Numbered from the stretch's first letter, positions 39,856 to 55,165 are shown. The stretch: 64,000 nucleotides of DNA from Octopus sinensis (GCF_006345805.1 NC_043015.1:37076001-37140000); one strand, 5' to 3'. Numbers and translations are program-made. Notes: generated by a model not told the origin, from the letters alone.

Positions 39856-40342
39856 ATATATATACATATATATACATATATGTATATAATATATATAATA
39901 TTGTATTATATATATATAATATATTATAATATAAATTATATATATATATGTATGTATATATATATATATACATATATACATCATTATTATTATATATACA
40001 TACATACATATGTATGTAGGTGTATTGATAAGTGAGTAGATGGAAGACAGTACGTGTGGTGAGGTGCGTCCGTGCGTCCCTGCGCGTGTGTGTACGCGTG
40101 GTCCCATACGGATTTATAAAGACACCGGGTTCTGAAGGGTTTATCGCATAAATATTATTTGCTTCACTTCACAAACACTTCATCTTGATAATGCTTGCAT
40201 CGCGTTGCTTTACCCAACTGCATTGGTGTAAAGACATGCAGCGCTGCTGGGCTTTGCCTTCATGCCGTCATTTCTTCTACAACCGTCCAACCTTCAACAA
40301 ATCTAAATATTAACAATTCTCCTGTAATAGGTATATATATAT

Positions 40343-40423
<81 letters not shown>

Positions 40424-40442
40424 ACATATATATATATATATA

Positions 40443-40485
<43 letters not shown>

Positions 40486-40588
40486 TATATATATATATAT
40501 GTGTGTGTTGTGTGTGTGTGTATGTATGAATGTACGTATGCATATATATATAAGTATAAACGTATATAAGTATGTATGTATGTGTGTG

Positions 40589-40620
<32 letters not shown>

Positions 40621-40763
40621 CATGCATATATATATGTATTTATATATACGCATAATCTGTATGAGTGTATGTGCCTGTTTGACGCTGTGTATTTAACTTC
40701 CGAACACATGAATATATAGACATATTCTCTACAAATCTTCTATTTTCTCTTCTACTATATATT

Positions 40764-41573
40764 TGCGTGCTCTGCTCAATAAGTATCCGGACCGTTACCA
40801 TAGTAACGAAGCTATAGCATGCACAGTGAAGGCGGTTGCCGTATATTGACTTTAAACGCTGCCGTGTATGCACACAAAGTTTTAATGTTTTAGCTCACTC
40901 CTGTTTCTAGCAGTGCTTGGAAGGAAGGTGTCTGGCGTGTGATCATCGCATTGACCATGACAGAGAAACTTGAGGAGAGGATATGCATCAAATTTTGCGA
41001 TGCATGCCCAGTGGCCTACGCAAAACATCCATACATCTTTCATCATTCTCGACACAGTCAAGGAAATCTTGCGTAATTGAAACCCGAGTATCTTTTCCTC
41101 AGCTGAAAGCAGTTTTGGCGCAGACTTGGCTGACTCCGTCCTATACTCACATTTTGATTGATAATGAACTGAACTGAACCGTTACTAATTTGCATATCCT
41201 CTGATAACTCACGGATGGTTATTCGATTGCGGTTCTCCCAGAACATTCGTCAATATTGATGTTTTTCGGCCATCATGGAAACGTCTGAAGCGCTCATACA
41301 CTTCCGCCCGTCTGCATAGATTTTTTGCAAATTTGCGTAGGCCTCTGATCACGTATAGCAATAAGAACTTTTTCTGTCATGTCCAATGCGACAATCACAC
41401 GCTACAAAACTTCCTTCCAGGCACCGCTGTGAACAGCGGAAGTGAGCTACGACGTCAAAAAAGTGCGCATTCATAGCAGAGTTGAAGGTCATTCGTTGAC
41501 AAAAGGCTTACTCTGCGTGCTTTAGCTTCGTTATTATGGCAAAAGTTCGGATACTTATTCATCAGACAACGTA
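40764..41573. mobile_element. Mariner-derived element made of two convergent 5' ends
   Basis: The plus arm (40764-41030) and minus arm (41573-41030) both start with a TIR-like ..CTG(C/A)T(C/G)AATAAGTATCCG and run through GGAAGGAAG..GCGTGTGAT..CGCATTG..CATGACAGA into MTEK. The minus arm continues NRITIRELSEDMQIS..DFLDCVENDE. Confidence 0.75.
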
Positions 41574-41743
41574 TGTGCATGTGTGTGTGTATGTATGTGT
41601 GTGGTTGCAAGACATAACGATATCTTTGGGGTAGCGGTTGATGGAGGCATGTCAGATTATTGGTATGGCTGTTTTTGTATATGTGGAATAGTGTTACAAC
41701 ACATTATTTTCTATATTCATGTATATATATATATATATACATA

Positions 41744-41774
<31 letters not shown>

Positions 41775-41872
41775 GCATTACCCCTGGATATCATTGTTGC
41801 TTATTTTGATTATATATATATCTATATATATATATTATATATATATATATGTATATATATATAGATACACCC

Positions 41873-41922
<50 letters not shown>

Positions 41923-41992
41923 TGTGTATGTATGTATGTATATACACACGCATATATACATATATATATATATATGTGTGTGTGTATGTAAA

Positions 41993-42422
41993 CAGGTCGT
42001 CGTCGACTTACGACCTATCCAATTTACGACCGATCAACTTTACGACGATTGAAGTGACAGTCTCGGGAGCCTTATTAATTAGTCCAGTTGAAATCTAATG
42101 GCTTTCATTTAACCCGTCTAGGAATGATGTCAGCTAACAAACGATTTCCCTAGATACGGTTATCGATGTTCTCTCTGTTCGATGACTAACCTGGCGCGAA
42201 GATATCCATACAACCTCGTATTTGTTTAGAGAAATGTCTGCTTGAGACTCCGAAATATTTTGTTAATGCCAATATAATAGTATAATGCAGAATACTGAGT
42301 GTGTATTTTAGCGGAGAATTTCCCTTAAAATGTAAAAATATATAACAAAGCTGTGTAGCCCTACAGGCCGACCTAAACCAGTCAGTCGAAACCAATTTTG
42401 GTCGTAATTCGACGACAACTTG
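41993..42422. mobile_element. Tigger/pogo-like MITE (430 bp)
   Basis: 23-bp TIRs CAGGTCGTCGTCGACTTACGACC and revcomp CAAGTTGTCGTCGAATTACGACC (3 mismatches); no ORF. Confidence 0.7.
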
Positions 42423-42439
42423 CATATATATTGTAGAAT

Positions 42440-42985
42440 TTTGCAATATTATTTTATCCACGTAGTTTTAGGTATTTAAACTTTTATCCCCTTCAATGTG
42501 TATTCTCCATTTGAAACAATCTACCGGCCCAAGCATGTTTGTCATTTAGAGCCTCCCTTATTTTTTTCTTCATGTCTACCACATCTGCAAATTCCGTAGC
42601 ACCATCTTTCCTCACTAGTGATGACCTTCTAAATAATGCCCGGATTAATTTCCTGCTGTTCTTTCAGTTCACGACATGCATTCAATCTTGTTTATTTTCG
42701 ATCGTCCGTGGGCAGGCGAGTCATAAATTTTGTTGCAACTCCTTTCATTCGCAATTCAGCTCTCAAAATTCATTGGCAGGTCTTCAGGACACACCAGCCA
42801 ACATCTTCATCAACTTTTCGCTGACGGTCCTCCAAGATAATTCATAGATTTTCATGAGGTTTGCATTCGTTCGGGAGGTAGACAGTCGCCCTCAGCGAGA
42901 TTGGTCTTCAGGCGACATTCTAAAAGGTATCTTACTCTTACTTACAAACACAATGCCCACAAAAAATTCTTAATATGAGCGTATA
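42440..42985 (-). mobile_element. Internally deleted mariner transposase relic
   Basis: EDQSR*GRLSTSRT..KIYE..ELRMKGVATKFMTRL..RLNACRELKEQ..KVITSEERWCYG, joined directly to a C-terminal-like segment. Confidence 0.7.
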
Positions 42986-43752
42986 TATATATATATATAT
43001 ATATACATACATACATGTGTACAGTAGTGTTGGAGGATGCACCTGTTCTGAGAATTTATTCTCTTTTAGTTCGTATGTGCATTCATTACTATATGAATAG
43101 TGTTTTGTCCGAGTTTTCAGGGTGATTCTTCGCAACGTATTATGAACTGCACAAATTTAAACTTATGTCCATGCACCTGTATTTCATTTCAATATTGGAA
43201 TATATCTAATACGTGTTTAATAGAGAATGTGTTGACCAAATTGAACATAAATAGTTTTGAAAAAATCAGTAATTAGAAAAGTGTTTGTAACTGAACGATT
43301 CGGCAAATCGCTACTGTAGCTGTATACGCACCTATTCTTACCATGCTCTGCATCAGCTAAAGTTCATTGGTCCAAATATTATATTTGGTGTTTTGCTGCT
43401 TTTATTCATGTCATTGAATCACAGTTTTCGAATAATTTAATATTCAGTTGAGGATAAAAAAAAATCTATGTCAAACGAATGGTCTTTGATTTCATATTGA
43501 CAGTATTTGCGTTAGGTTCGTTAAATATTAAAATGTTAGATTCCTGAATTTTCTTCGATGCAACATGTTGGTATGCTTAGTGGTAAAACCTTCAATTTCC
43601 AAAATCCTTTAAAATATTTGCGTGTGTGTGTGTATTTGAAAGTCTATAAGGATTACTTAATACAGTTTTTGAAGTGTATAGGGGAGTTAAAAATGTTATG
43701 AAATGGTTTAAGTTTTTCTAATGTGTGAGCGCTTCCGTTTAACCTTTCCATA

Positions 43753-43833
<81 letters not shown>

Positions 43834-43887
43834 ATATATATAATATATATATATATACATATATATATATATTATATATATATTATA

Positions 43888-43943
<56 letters not shown>

Positions 43944-44643
43944 CATATGTATGTATATATTATACATACATATTATTATTATATTATATATATATATTAT
44001 ATATATATATTATATATATATTATATATATATTATAATATATATATATATTATATATATATATATTATATATATATATATACATATGTATGTATACACAA
44101 TTAGAAAGATAGAGATGCATATACATACATATATATATGTATATATGTGTATATACATACACATATATACATACACACATAGGTATCTACCCGCTCCACA
44201 CTTCAAAAACCACACGCCAATATGCTTCTATTAATTCTGAACACATGACTGGATGCTAATTTTTATATTTCTTTTCTTTTTTCTCTATATAATTATAGAA
44301 TTTCCTCAAAAATGTCCCTTCTTGTTTTCATTTTTTTTCTTTACCTTTTCTCCTTTTACCAAATTTTTCAATGAAATCTTAGTTTTCTCAGTTTACCAAT
44401 TTGCAAACCTGTTTTATCAAAATTCCTTTGGACCTTTTTACCTTTGCTAATTGTATATCTTCCTATATTTGTGTTCCTCCATTTTTGAGTTTTCATTTAA
44501 TCAGTCCCTCAGTACATTACGAAGGTGAATTATTCTAAATATTGGTTTCGTCTATTATTGAATTAAATTTATATTTGTACCGATAGACTTTCGGTTCAAA
44601 TCTAAGCTTTATTTCCTCTTTCAGCATTAATGTGCATATTGGT

Positions 44644-44843
44644 TTCTAATTTTCACTGAAGGTCAGTGAGTTCAGGTGTGAGATGGGGGTGTAGTTTATT
44701 CGATTAAATTGACCCCAGTGTTCAGCTGGTACTTAGCTTATCGATCCGCGAAATGATTAAAAACAAAGTCGACTTCGGCGGAATTTGAACTCAGAACGAT
44801 ATCTTCTCCCGGTGTGATAACGATTCTGCCAACTCGCACCCTT
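44644..44843 (-). mobile_element. SINE family 2 copy
   Basis: Plus strand GACCCCAGTGTTCAGCTGGTACTT..AAAGTCGACTTCGGCGGAATTTGAACTCAGAACG..AACGATTCTGCCAACTCGC. Confidence 0.75.
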
Positions 44844-47100
44844 AGCAGCAGTGAATATTAGTAGCAGTGTACACAATTTTACGAATATGACCCATTATAT
44901 AATAAACATTCCTCACATAGTGCTCACTCAAATAATACATTTTTATCAGCTGTAATATTTGACACTTGTATGTGCGGCCAGTAAAGATTTGTTCATTTGT
45001 GACGTGATTATTAGTTCAAGATTTGAAGTTTTGATAGAAATTCTGGTGATAGGAAATTCTAATGAATGATTTTTTATCGCAAAACCATTATTTAAGCGAG
45101 AAAAATCAATGACGATCTTGTTTCTTAAAGTTGTCTTCAATTTCTCAATAATTCTCTCGCAGACGCAGGCATGGTTGTGATGTTCAGAAGAGGCATCGGA
45201 ATTACGTCGCTTGTGATTCCATCTCGTTGCATGGCAGTGACATAAAGTGTCACGAGTGATATTTGTGGGGGAGAATTCTATGGAAACATGTAGAAGTGTC
45301 AGATGGAATTTGTAGGCATGGAAAAAAAAAATATAATCTCTGGTATCAAGATTTTTTCCTGAGATAACATACCATTAACGAACAGTCATTCTTTCGAAAA
45401 TCCTTCGCACATGTTCACGTATCAATATGCTTAACAGAAGTTGACCTCATTTGATTGCAGTCACGGAATAGTAAAAAAAAGCATATTAATAGTACACGGT
45501 AATCTTGTAGAATTTCCATACTTAAATATCTGTGTAGGTATTCTATGTATGTATGTATGTATGTATGTATGTATGTATGTATGTATGTATGTATGTATGT
45601 ATGTATGTATGTATGTATGCATGTATTATGTATGCATGTATGTGTTGTGTGTGTGTGTGTTAAATATATTACCTAATCAGACCTTGTAAAAGATACTAGG
45701 TATTCCCACATTCGAAGTGCAACACACCTCCCAGACAACATCAGTGCAGGAAAGATCAGTGAATTTAACTCCCCATGCTCGTTCTAAACAGCATGGATAA
45801 CTACAAGCGAAGGCGAACCTCCTGCTGCTGAAGCAGTTACTCGTGGGCAACCACGCCGCCAGTTTTTCTCAGACGTTTTACAAATTATAACAACGTCCCA
45901 AATATTCTTTAACATATACACCTGAAACAACTTTTACAATCAAAGTAAGTAATGGCCGTAGTTCTAACACGAAGCGGAATGAAGACTTACAAATGTTATG
46001 AGTACAGCAAACGCCAACATTAACTTTGCAGAAAGGACTTCAAGAAGAAGCAATTATATATTGATGCAAAAACATAAACCACAATGTGACGTAGCAATGA
46101 AATACTAGGTCATTTGCTATTAGAAATAGCAAAGTTGTTAAATTCCAAGGTCGACCTCAAATGCACTGGGATAAATAGAAGATAGAAGAAAATGAGCAAA
46201 TAGAAAAAAGAGAGATAACTGGGAAACTTTCCTTTCCAATGTTACCCAGGAAACAAACAGCAAACTGCAACACTTCGTAGTGTTTAGCCTGGTAATCAGA
46301 AATAACAACGGAACTCACTCTATTTCGTGGGGCGGAAGAGCAATCACATGTAATAAACATTTACTGCAATACACAGAAAACGGATTTATCAATTATTTCT
46401 TAGGAAAAAGGAAGAAAAAAAACTAAAGTGGTGGAGTATCACAAATGAAAGACAAATAATACAGGAACATAAAACGGACAATAAACACTTTCTACGTAGA
46501 TAAAACTTAAGGCATTTGCCATGATTCACTGTTTAACAGGAAATGCAGAGGACTAGTAATTCCCCGTTCAAGCTGGTTCTAGTAGAACCATATGTGGTGA
46601 TGGTCACTTCTAGATTCGCAGATATTTAGGGAAGCAACGATGAGATTTAATATAGCGGAAGTCAATTCTGCTGATGGAGATAACGATGCACTTTGAGGAA
46701 GAAGAAAGTGGAGAAATGAGTAACAGTGTTCTTGGGGAAAAACAATGATGGGGAGAGATTTATTACGGTGGTTTTGATGATGATGATGATGATGATGATG
46801 AATAAGATAACGGCGACGATAACGACGTGTGCAATGTTGATATCTTGATAATGATGAGAATAGTTGATTATGATGGCTGATGATTTCAGCGATGACGACG
46901 ATATTTGTGTTGATGAAGGTGAATTCTGCTGAAAACAAAGATGACGTTGATGAAGAAGATGGCGACCATGATGGAAACGATATTTCATATTCATGTGGTT
47001 ATTAACGATAATGTAAATTATGAGTATGGTGATGATGATGAAGATGGTGACGATGATCATATCGATGATGATGATGATGAATGATGACGAACACAACGAC

Positions 47101-47139
<39 letters not shown>

Positions 47140-47497
47140 GACGATAGCGGCGGTGGTGGCGATGGTGCTAGCCGTGACGATTGACAAAAGAATATCATTT
47201 ATTTCTTTCCAGACGAATGTCGACAATTCAGTGATATTGCAGTTTGATCTTATCATTAATTAAAGTTAATCGATTAATGATTAATAATTATAGAATAACA
47301 AAGATTCAAGTCACACAGAACAATTATTTATTGAGAGAAGTGGGCGTTCTTGAGATAAGATTCCAAGAAAATGTTTCAAAACAGTCAAAATAAATTTATA
47401 TTTGTTATGTCTGCATATCATATGAATGGTTATGATTTACTGCATTTGTTCAGATACACACACACACACATACACACACACACATAGACACACACAT

Positions 47498-47533
<36 letters not shown>

Positions 47534-47745
47534 GTATATATATGCATGCATGTACATATAAATTAATGTATATATGTGTTTATATACAGATATATGTGTG
47601 TGTGTACACACTCAGATTTTTAAGTCTATTAATGCTATATACACACAGACACGCGTCTACATGTATTTGCATATTATATAAATGTTTACTGATGGGTAAA
47701 CTTTATATATATATTTTTTTGTTTGTGAGTGTATGTATACATGTA

Positions 47746-47800
<55 letters not shown>

Positions 47801-49063
47801 ATTCTAGCAAGAATTTATTGCAGCACTGCGTTTTGATATGGTAGACTTGACCCTAGAATAAGGCAACACTGGGACATAACTGAATTCACCGGACATATAT
47901 CAACGCAGGCTTGTACAATATCTGCATGGTAGAAAAAACCAGAAGGGTAACTGTGATTCACCTGACAGTTACCTCACCATCTGGGAGGATATTATTAAAG
48001 GTGCCGACATTTTGATTGGAGCTCAATACACACACATGCAGTTTAGTTAGCAAGATGGAACTTATCGCCAGCATCCCTACCACCACCACCACCACCAACA
48101 ACAACAACAAAACCGACATCACCACATCATCACACCGATTACTACTACTACTACTACTACTACTTCTACTACAACTACTGCTGCTGCTGCTGCTGCTGTT
48201 GATATTCCTACTGCTGCTACTAATAGTACTACTATTTTTACTACTACTATTACTACTCCTGTTGCTGCTACTAATACTACCACTACCGCTGCTGCTACTG
48301 CATATTGCTACATTTCCTGAGTGTAGTACACCGCCGTGTTTTAGACGTTCAGTTTCCAATCAGCTCCGCGTTCGATCTCACTCCGTGCTAGCTTTGTTAT
48401 TTCCCTATTGGTGCATTGTTTCGGATTCTGCTCACCATCATAAAAGAAATTAAAAAAAAGGAAACGATGATGAAACCTGTTGAACATGTAGATCCTTGGC
48501 TCATACATAGTGTGGCGCTGAATTTGCATAACTCTTAGGTTAAGGGTCGATATTTCTGAGGAATTCCGGGCCACTCACTTAAACAATAAACAATTAATAC
48601 AATCGATTGAACGGTAGAATGATTTTAGTCGAAACCGACGCAATCCCATATGGCCATTTCTTTTTCTCTCTCTTCTATATTTGGTCATATTGTGGATCAT
48701 GAGTCAGACCACGTATTAAAGGAATTATAGGATATTACCATGATCATATTTGGTATCGTTGTTTAAACCCAGGTAAACATGACAGAACAACCTTGCGTTT
48801 TAGCAGATCGAGGCCTTGACGAGAACCTTGCATTTTTGTGGTTTATAAAGCTATCTTAGTAATTTCACAACTGATTAATTGATTTCGCAATAATCTGGTT
48901 CACTATTCGTTATTTAATCCTGGCGCTGTCAATGCTTTCCTAATGACAAACATTGAGTGTGCCCCAGCATGGTCGGCTCCCACATTCTACTTGAATAACG
49001 TTTTTTCAATCATGTCTAACAATCAATCATTATGTTGAATCGGTAAGTTTCTTCTACTTTCAA

Positions 49064-49412
49064 CTTTTACTTGTTTCAATCTTCAACCTCCAACCAGAGT
49101 CTCCAGCCCTCTATTTGTTAAAACCGGTACGCACTTTATCCGTCTACTTTGCCGAATCGTTAGGGAGGCTTACATAAAGAAACATAAACGCATTCGTCTA
49201 TACACACTTATTTACGCTCACGCGCGCTCACGAACACAAACATACAAATTATAATGACTGGTTTCTACAATTTCTACCTAGCAAATCCGATTGTAAGATT
49301 CGTCGGCTCGGGGCTATAGTGTAAGACTCTTGCTCGAGGTGCCGCACATTGGAACTGAACTGGAAACATGGTTGCAAAGCGTTGCTCTTAACCACACAAC
49401 ACTTCCAGCGCC
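49064..49412 (-). mobile_element. SINE family 3, full-length degenerate copy
   Basis: Minus strand TTGTGTGGTTAAGAG..CAGTTCAGTTCC..GGCACCTCGAGCAAG..CTATAGCCCGAGCCGAC..GATTTGCTAGG, with tail GATTGAAACAAGTAAAAG. Confidence 0.65.
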
Positions 49413-50112
49413 TTGTATTCGATTAACGTTGGGAAAATCTTATCGGTGCTGTAAGGAAATATTCTGTGTCCGTTGTTGCGTACATGAATTGGCCCAGAGA
49501 GAGGCAGTACTATTCAAAAAATATACTTTCTTAGATCGAATCGTGATCAAAACTACTTCACATAATTTTTAATTATAATTTACTTGTTCCTATTCATCTT
49601 CCGAAACCAATAAATTATTCCTCGATTTTCTCACCTGCCTGCTTATAGTCATATATGTTATATATATACGAAAACAAATCGTCTAGACTATTTTCAGAAT
49701 TCAGCCCTCCTGCATGGAACAGAGTCTCTCAAAAGTCTCCTGTACTCCAGTACCTTCGCTACATTGTTCGTAGTCAAAACACCGTTCGATTTAACCCGAT
49801 TGAGATTTTCAATATTATATGCCTGCAGCTTAAAAAAATCTTATTTCAATTCAACTTTGACAACCTGCTGTTTCTGCTGGAAACTACTTTGTATTTTTCC
49901 TTCCATTTTTTTTTTCAACACAAAAGCCAGTATTCAATAGAATTTGTTTCACCAATTTTTTTCATTTTATTTTATTTTATTTTAATTGTATTTTCACTTT
50001 TATAACTTTTTTTCCGTTGCGGGAGTTCTTTTTTATATTTTAATATTTCCCATGGATATTCATCCGCATCACAATAAAATCTCTCTTTTTCTTAATTTCT
50101 TTGTACCTCTTC

Positions 50113-50199
<87 letters not shown>

Positions 50200-51499
50200 T
50201 TCATTTATCTCGTTATTGTTCTTTACTGTGGAAAATTTATATATATTTAGTCCTAGTACTGCAATGGCTGTGCAGCATTCGAAGACTTGTGTTATCTATA
50301 TCCTATATAACTTGTGACGTGCGGAATCGGTTGCCCATGCAAGGAAACTCTTAGTTGTCCGCAGAATTAAACGTTGACATCGGCTGCGTTTTTTAACAAA
50401 CACTTAACTATTATATAGCGATGGCACCTGATCTGTTGCTTAACACATCTTTACAAGGACAATGGCAATAACCAAAGTCATTTTCACCAAAGCTGGGTCT
50501 CTCTCTGGTCGCTAACTTTGCCAAAAATATCCTCGAAACTAACTCCTTTCATTCTAGAAATGGAGGACTTATATGTTATCTGTTTCTTCTGTATATTACA
50601 TAACTGGAACAAAAACGGAGACAGAATGGTCAAAAACAGAACACCTTTCGTCATTTCTCTTTTTAAGCTTGTTTTACCCAGGGCTAAATAAAAATGACAG
50701 TAACGACGAAGTAGTCTGTATAGTAGGTTCCATTTATGAGAGATATTCCGTCAAAATCACGTTATGATTATAACCTTTACAAGAACCGGTGCTGCCGTTT
50801 CGCACGAACAGTGTCTGAGAGGTCTTCAATAATCAGATTAATTCCGGATTAATGGTAATACAAATACTTTCCGGGCAATATGAAGTTCAGTCGACCAAGG
50901 CATGACGACAGCTCAGGATGATATATAATGGAGATAAATATTATATGCCGTTAATTGTGACACCCAAACTTTTATCTGCGTCACAGATTTCCACGAGAAA
51001 ATAATTCCGCCTTGAAAAGTCTTGGCAATCAGACATTCCATAGGTTGTCCTTATTTGTGCGTCTGTGTGTCTGTGTATGTATGTGTGTGTGTGTGTGTGT
51101 GTGTGCGCGTATTTCTAATTGGATTTTATTTCTCAAATCCACATCCCAAGAGGGCCACTGCTGAAGCTGTTTCAAGTGAAGCCATGCTGGTTTTTTCTCT
51201 TGTGTGATGAAAATAATAAATGTGGTGTGTTTAGGATTTGTTAATGCTTTACCAAACTTATTGTATACGAAGTTTTCGCTTCCAAGACACTATAACATGA
51301 TTACATGTCTCATGACAGTTCTATTAGTTTTATGTATCAAAGCAGTTTCATTCAAACGTAAACACCATGTTGGTCGACTCATTCTTGATCCAGTTTCGTA
51401 AGGTTGAGGATATGACTGGAGTAAGAGGCGCTGTTATGAATTTTCAGTTAAGCAAATTGTGGCGATAGAACATACGCTGACTTTTCTCTGGGACCTATA

Positions 51500-51585
51500 G
51501 ATACTCTCGATCCAGGAATCGAACCAACGGCGTTATGAATGTAAGCCCGATACTCTAAATACGAAATCACACGTCTTTTACATAG
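51500..51585 (-). mobile_element. Degenerate tRNA-derived head of SINE family 1
   Basis: TTAGAGTATCGGGCTTAC..GGTTCGATTCCTGGATCG aligns with 27900-27950. Confidence 0.5.
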
Positions 51586-52074
51586 AAAGATAATCCCATA
51601 GATAGTTAATGTTTTCGATTTCGTTACAGAGTTAAGATTGTTTCAAAGTTGTAATAGAGGTAGGATTCCTTGAAGACAACCTCAATAACTTAAACAATGT
51701 AGTTGTGTTAGAAGTGCAAAGAGAAGTGAAGTTGTCTTTTCTCGTGGATAATTATACGAAGCATTTTCTTGGACGCCTTTTCTTCTTGCTGTGAATATAA
51801 ATAGGATAGATCAATAGGATAGATAGAAGAGGTGTCAAGAATAGAGTTTTCGAAACTGTTCTCTGTTAGGACAGCGTTTTCGTTTCGACACTTATAGCGT
51901 TTACACCAACCCAAGAATCAAACGCTTCAGAAGATAACATTTGAGACCAAATTATAACCTTCCTCCCTCTCTAACTCCAAGTACAAAAAAGAAAGCTTTC
52001 ACCTGCAATGGGTTGCGAAGATGTATCATGCGTCTGCTAATTCTTCGTTTTATGTTTCCTGTGTATCTGCTGCC

Positions 52075-52285
52075 GTATGCAAACTGACAGAATTGTTATC
52101 ACTTTCGGTAAAATGCTTAGAAGCATTTCTTCCGATTCTTTACGTTCTGCGTTCAAATCCCGCCAATTTCAACTTTATCTCTCTCATATCTCTCCGTAGT
52201 CGATAAAATAAAGTACCAATCAACTATGGGTACTCTAATCGATTTGTCCACTTCCCTAAAAACTGGTGGCCTTGAACCCTGCAAC
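52075..52285 (+). mobile_element. SINE family 2 copy (a second, inverted degenerate copy at about 52480-52690)
   Basis: AAATGCTTAGAAGCATTTCTTCCG..TTTACGTTCTGCGTTCAAATCCCGCC..GTCGATAAAATAAAGTACC..TGGTGGCCTTG. Confidence 0.65.
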
Positions 52286-53468
52286 GGACCATACAGGATG
52301 ACCGAAAGGAGAGAGTTCTTAAGATACTGAGTAAAGGCGAAATTCTGTGGGTATCAGGTTCCATTTCTTGCTAACTGATTTTAAGTTCGATTTCCGTACG
52401 ATCCTATGGGGTTGAGTATGTATCATGTCAACTATAGCTTCTGAACCTAAAATTTTTGAATATTGTGTTTACAAAATGAAAAAACCACCAGAAATTTGGT
52501 TGGGGAGGAACATCCGATTATAATGAACGCAGTGATTGACTCGAACTTCTAATGATCTCTCTGAAATGAAATGCAAAACTGACAGTGGCGGGAGGTGAAA
52601 TCAGAGCAAAAAGAACCGGTAAAAATATGTCAAGGTATTTCGTCCGGTTTTCTCTACATTCTGTCCATCCACCACACTCATTAATGGGTTAATAATATCA
52701 ATATTAACTGCGGCATCAGCAGAAGTAATATTATGTCAAGTCCCTTTTCCTTTCGATTTATACTCAGAATCGTATCCATGTCGTAGCTCAGTGGAGAAGA
52801 GCGTTCTCTTTTTTGTTTCTGCTGGGGTGGAGGGCTTCAAATAACCATACATGGTCCAAACTCAATTCCGTACCATGCTCAACCACCACCAAACTATTTC
52901 TAGATGAGCATGATCAAATACCAAACTGATGGAATTGGATTGAAATTATTGGAAATTGTTTCGAAACTACTTATATATAATAGTAATTCACCGAAAAACT
53001 ATAATCTTATTGATAGATGTTATTGCGTACTATAATAAAATTAGTTATTTTTCATATAAAATATAAAAGTTGAATATTTGATTTTCTAGAGATTGATGAC
53101 GTCTTTAACACACGTTAAAGCAATTTATCTGAAAATTGCACTAATTCCACGCTTCCATAATTTTGTTGTAATATAGCATTGCAGAATAGCAAAACAAGAG
53201 TTAAAATAGTTCATATCTATGCCACAGCTGTTGGCTTGCTCACATAGAAGATGTGTATAAGTACAATCTATCCCTGACAAACGGTGTGAGATGAAATGGT
53301 GGATTCTATAACATCATGAACTAGGTACACGACAGGATAACGTTTTGCTCAAATGCAAAGTAACTATAAACATTACCATTGAGAGAACCCATTCTGTTTT
53401 AAGTTTGGGCATCATGCTTTCTATTTAATCTTGTATAATTCACCGCACAGACTGATAGTTGCCAAGAC

Positions 53469-53695
53469 GTTAGTTAGTTAGTTAATTTTTTGGCTCAAAA
53501 AGCAAGACCATTTAGGGGGACATGGAGTTATGTACAGGGTGGTGTACATGTAAAGAGTTCAGGCCACTTGTGGTCAAGGGAGACTTTGAACCGAGCGGTC
53601 GTAAGCATCTTCACCATCTCATCCAGCAGCTTATTCCACGGATCCGCAACCCGGACGGAGAAAGCCCCTCTCCTTCGATTGAGATGAAATCGTCG
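53469..53695 (-). mobile_element. CR1-type LINE 3' end, same family as 18229-18761
   Basis: CACGGATCCGCAACCCGGACGGAGAAAGC is shared exactly with the 18.4-kb copy; same (GTTA)n tail on the plus strand. Confidence 0.88.
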
Positions 53696-54086
53696 TTGAT
53701 GTCGTATCAGCGTTTATCAAGTTATCATCAATAATATCAACCAGGATCTGTGAAATCTACACTGGAGTGATATTGAATATCGTGTTGTTATTTCAATCGG
53801 CGACACACAAAATCCTTTACGAAAGGACAGATTCAATAACTGAATTGATTCTATTTTGAGGATGATTTGGCTGTTACTTTAGAAAGTTATGAAACGAGTC
53901 GGAGCATTTCTTGTTTGTTTGTTCCAAGGTTACAGTCATTAAAGGATTTCAACTGTAGCCTAAAATCTAGTTTTCTACTCTACATTATAATTACTCACTG
54001 CTGTCAGTGAGTACGATTCTCACTGTGCAATACACACACACACACGCACGCACGCAATCCCTCTCACGCACACACAAAAAGCACAT

Positions 54087-54191
<105 letters not shown>

Positions 54192-54569
54192 GCTGTTGGA
54201 TTCCGTTGTTGTTGCTTTATCTTACGTCAGTTGTGATAAAACAGAAAGTCGGATCAAAGGCATTCCAGCCATGACAGTTTTGAATTTTTCATAGTAAGCG
54301 TTAGACGGATGGCTTTATTTAATGTATACATTTTAAAGGTGGCAGCGTATGGCTTCAAGTAGATATAACTGCTAATTTTTGTAGATAGAGCCATCACATA
54401 GAAGCACCGCTACACAAAGACACCGTTGGAACTCCAGTTCACCCTTTTATAAAAGAACTATGTTAATCTCTATTCTATGACATTCACATCTGGTTTGTTC
54501 TGGCCAAATGTTATGGAGATCACATTAAGTTATACATCCAATTTTCAAGCAATATGCCTAACGTAGACT

Positions 54570-54790
54570 CAGAACGATCTGGCCGTTATTTCTTTTCGAG
54601 TACACATTATTTGTAAAGCCAGAATAACTGCGAATCGCGTGTCTATACCATAGAGAATGCGACTCAGTGCTGTTGCTAGCGAACGAACCAAACACATCCC
54701 GCCTCGCAGTCTAATAATATAGTGCTTGTAACATAGTACCGTGAAGAATTCAATTATGCCAGATGCTGGTAGTGAGAACATTGAACGATC
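54570..54790 (-). mobile_element. Possible Helitron Rep/Hel fragment
   Basis: FSLPASGII..KHYIIRLRGG..LYGID loosely resembles the Helitron segment YNLPT..RDIVLR..GG..YGEDG; recall only. Confidence 0.25.
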
Positions 54791-55066
54791 AATTTTGTTA
54801 GAACTTCAGCATCTTGTAAACAGGACGATAGCAAATTTGCTTCCATTAAATATTGCCACTCAAAGGTTGCAGGTTTCGCGTCTAATTGAAAAAGAGATAA
54901 TTATTAATTTCCTGCATATATAATTGTTTTCCATTTTTATCATATCAATCATTAACTTAGGTGTATAATTAACAATCTTGTTAATAATTAGCATGGTACC
55001 AATAAGCAATATGGGAGTCATATATGTACATACATACACACACATATACGTACATACATATATATG

Positions 55067-55165
<99 letters not shown>

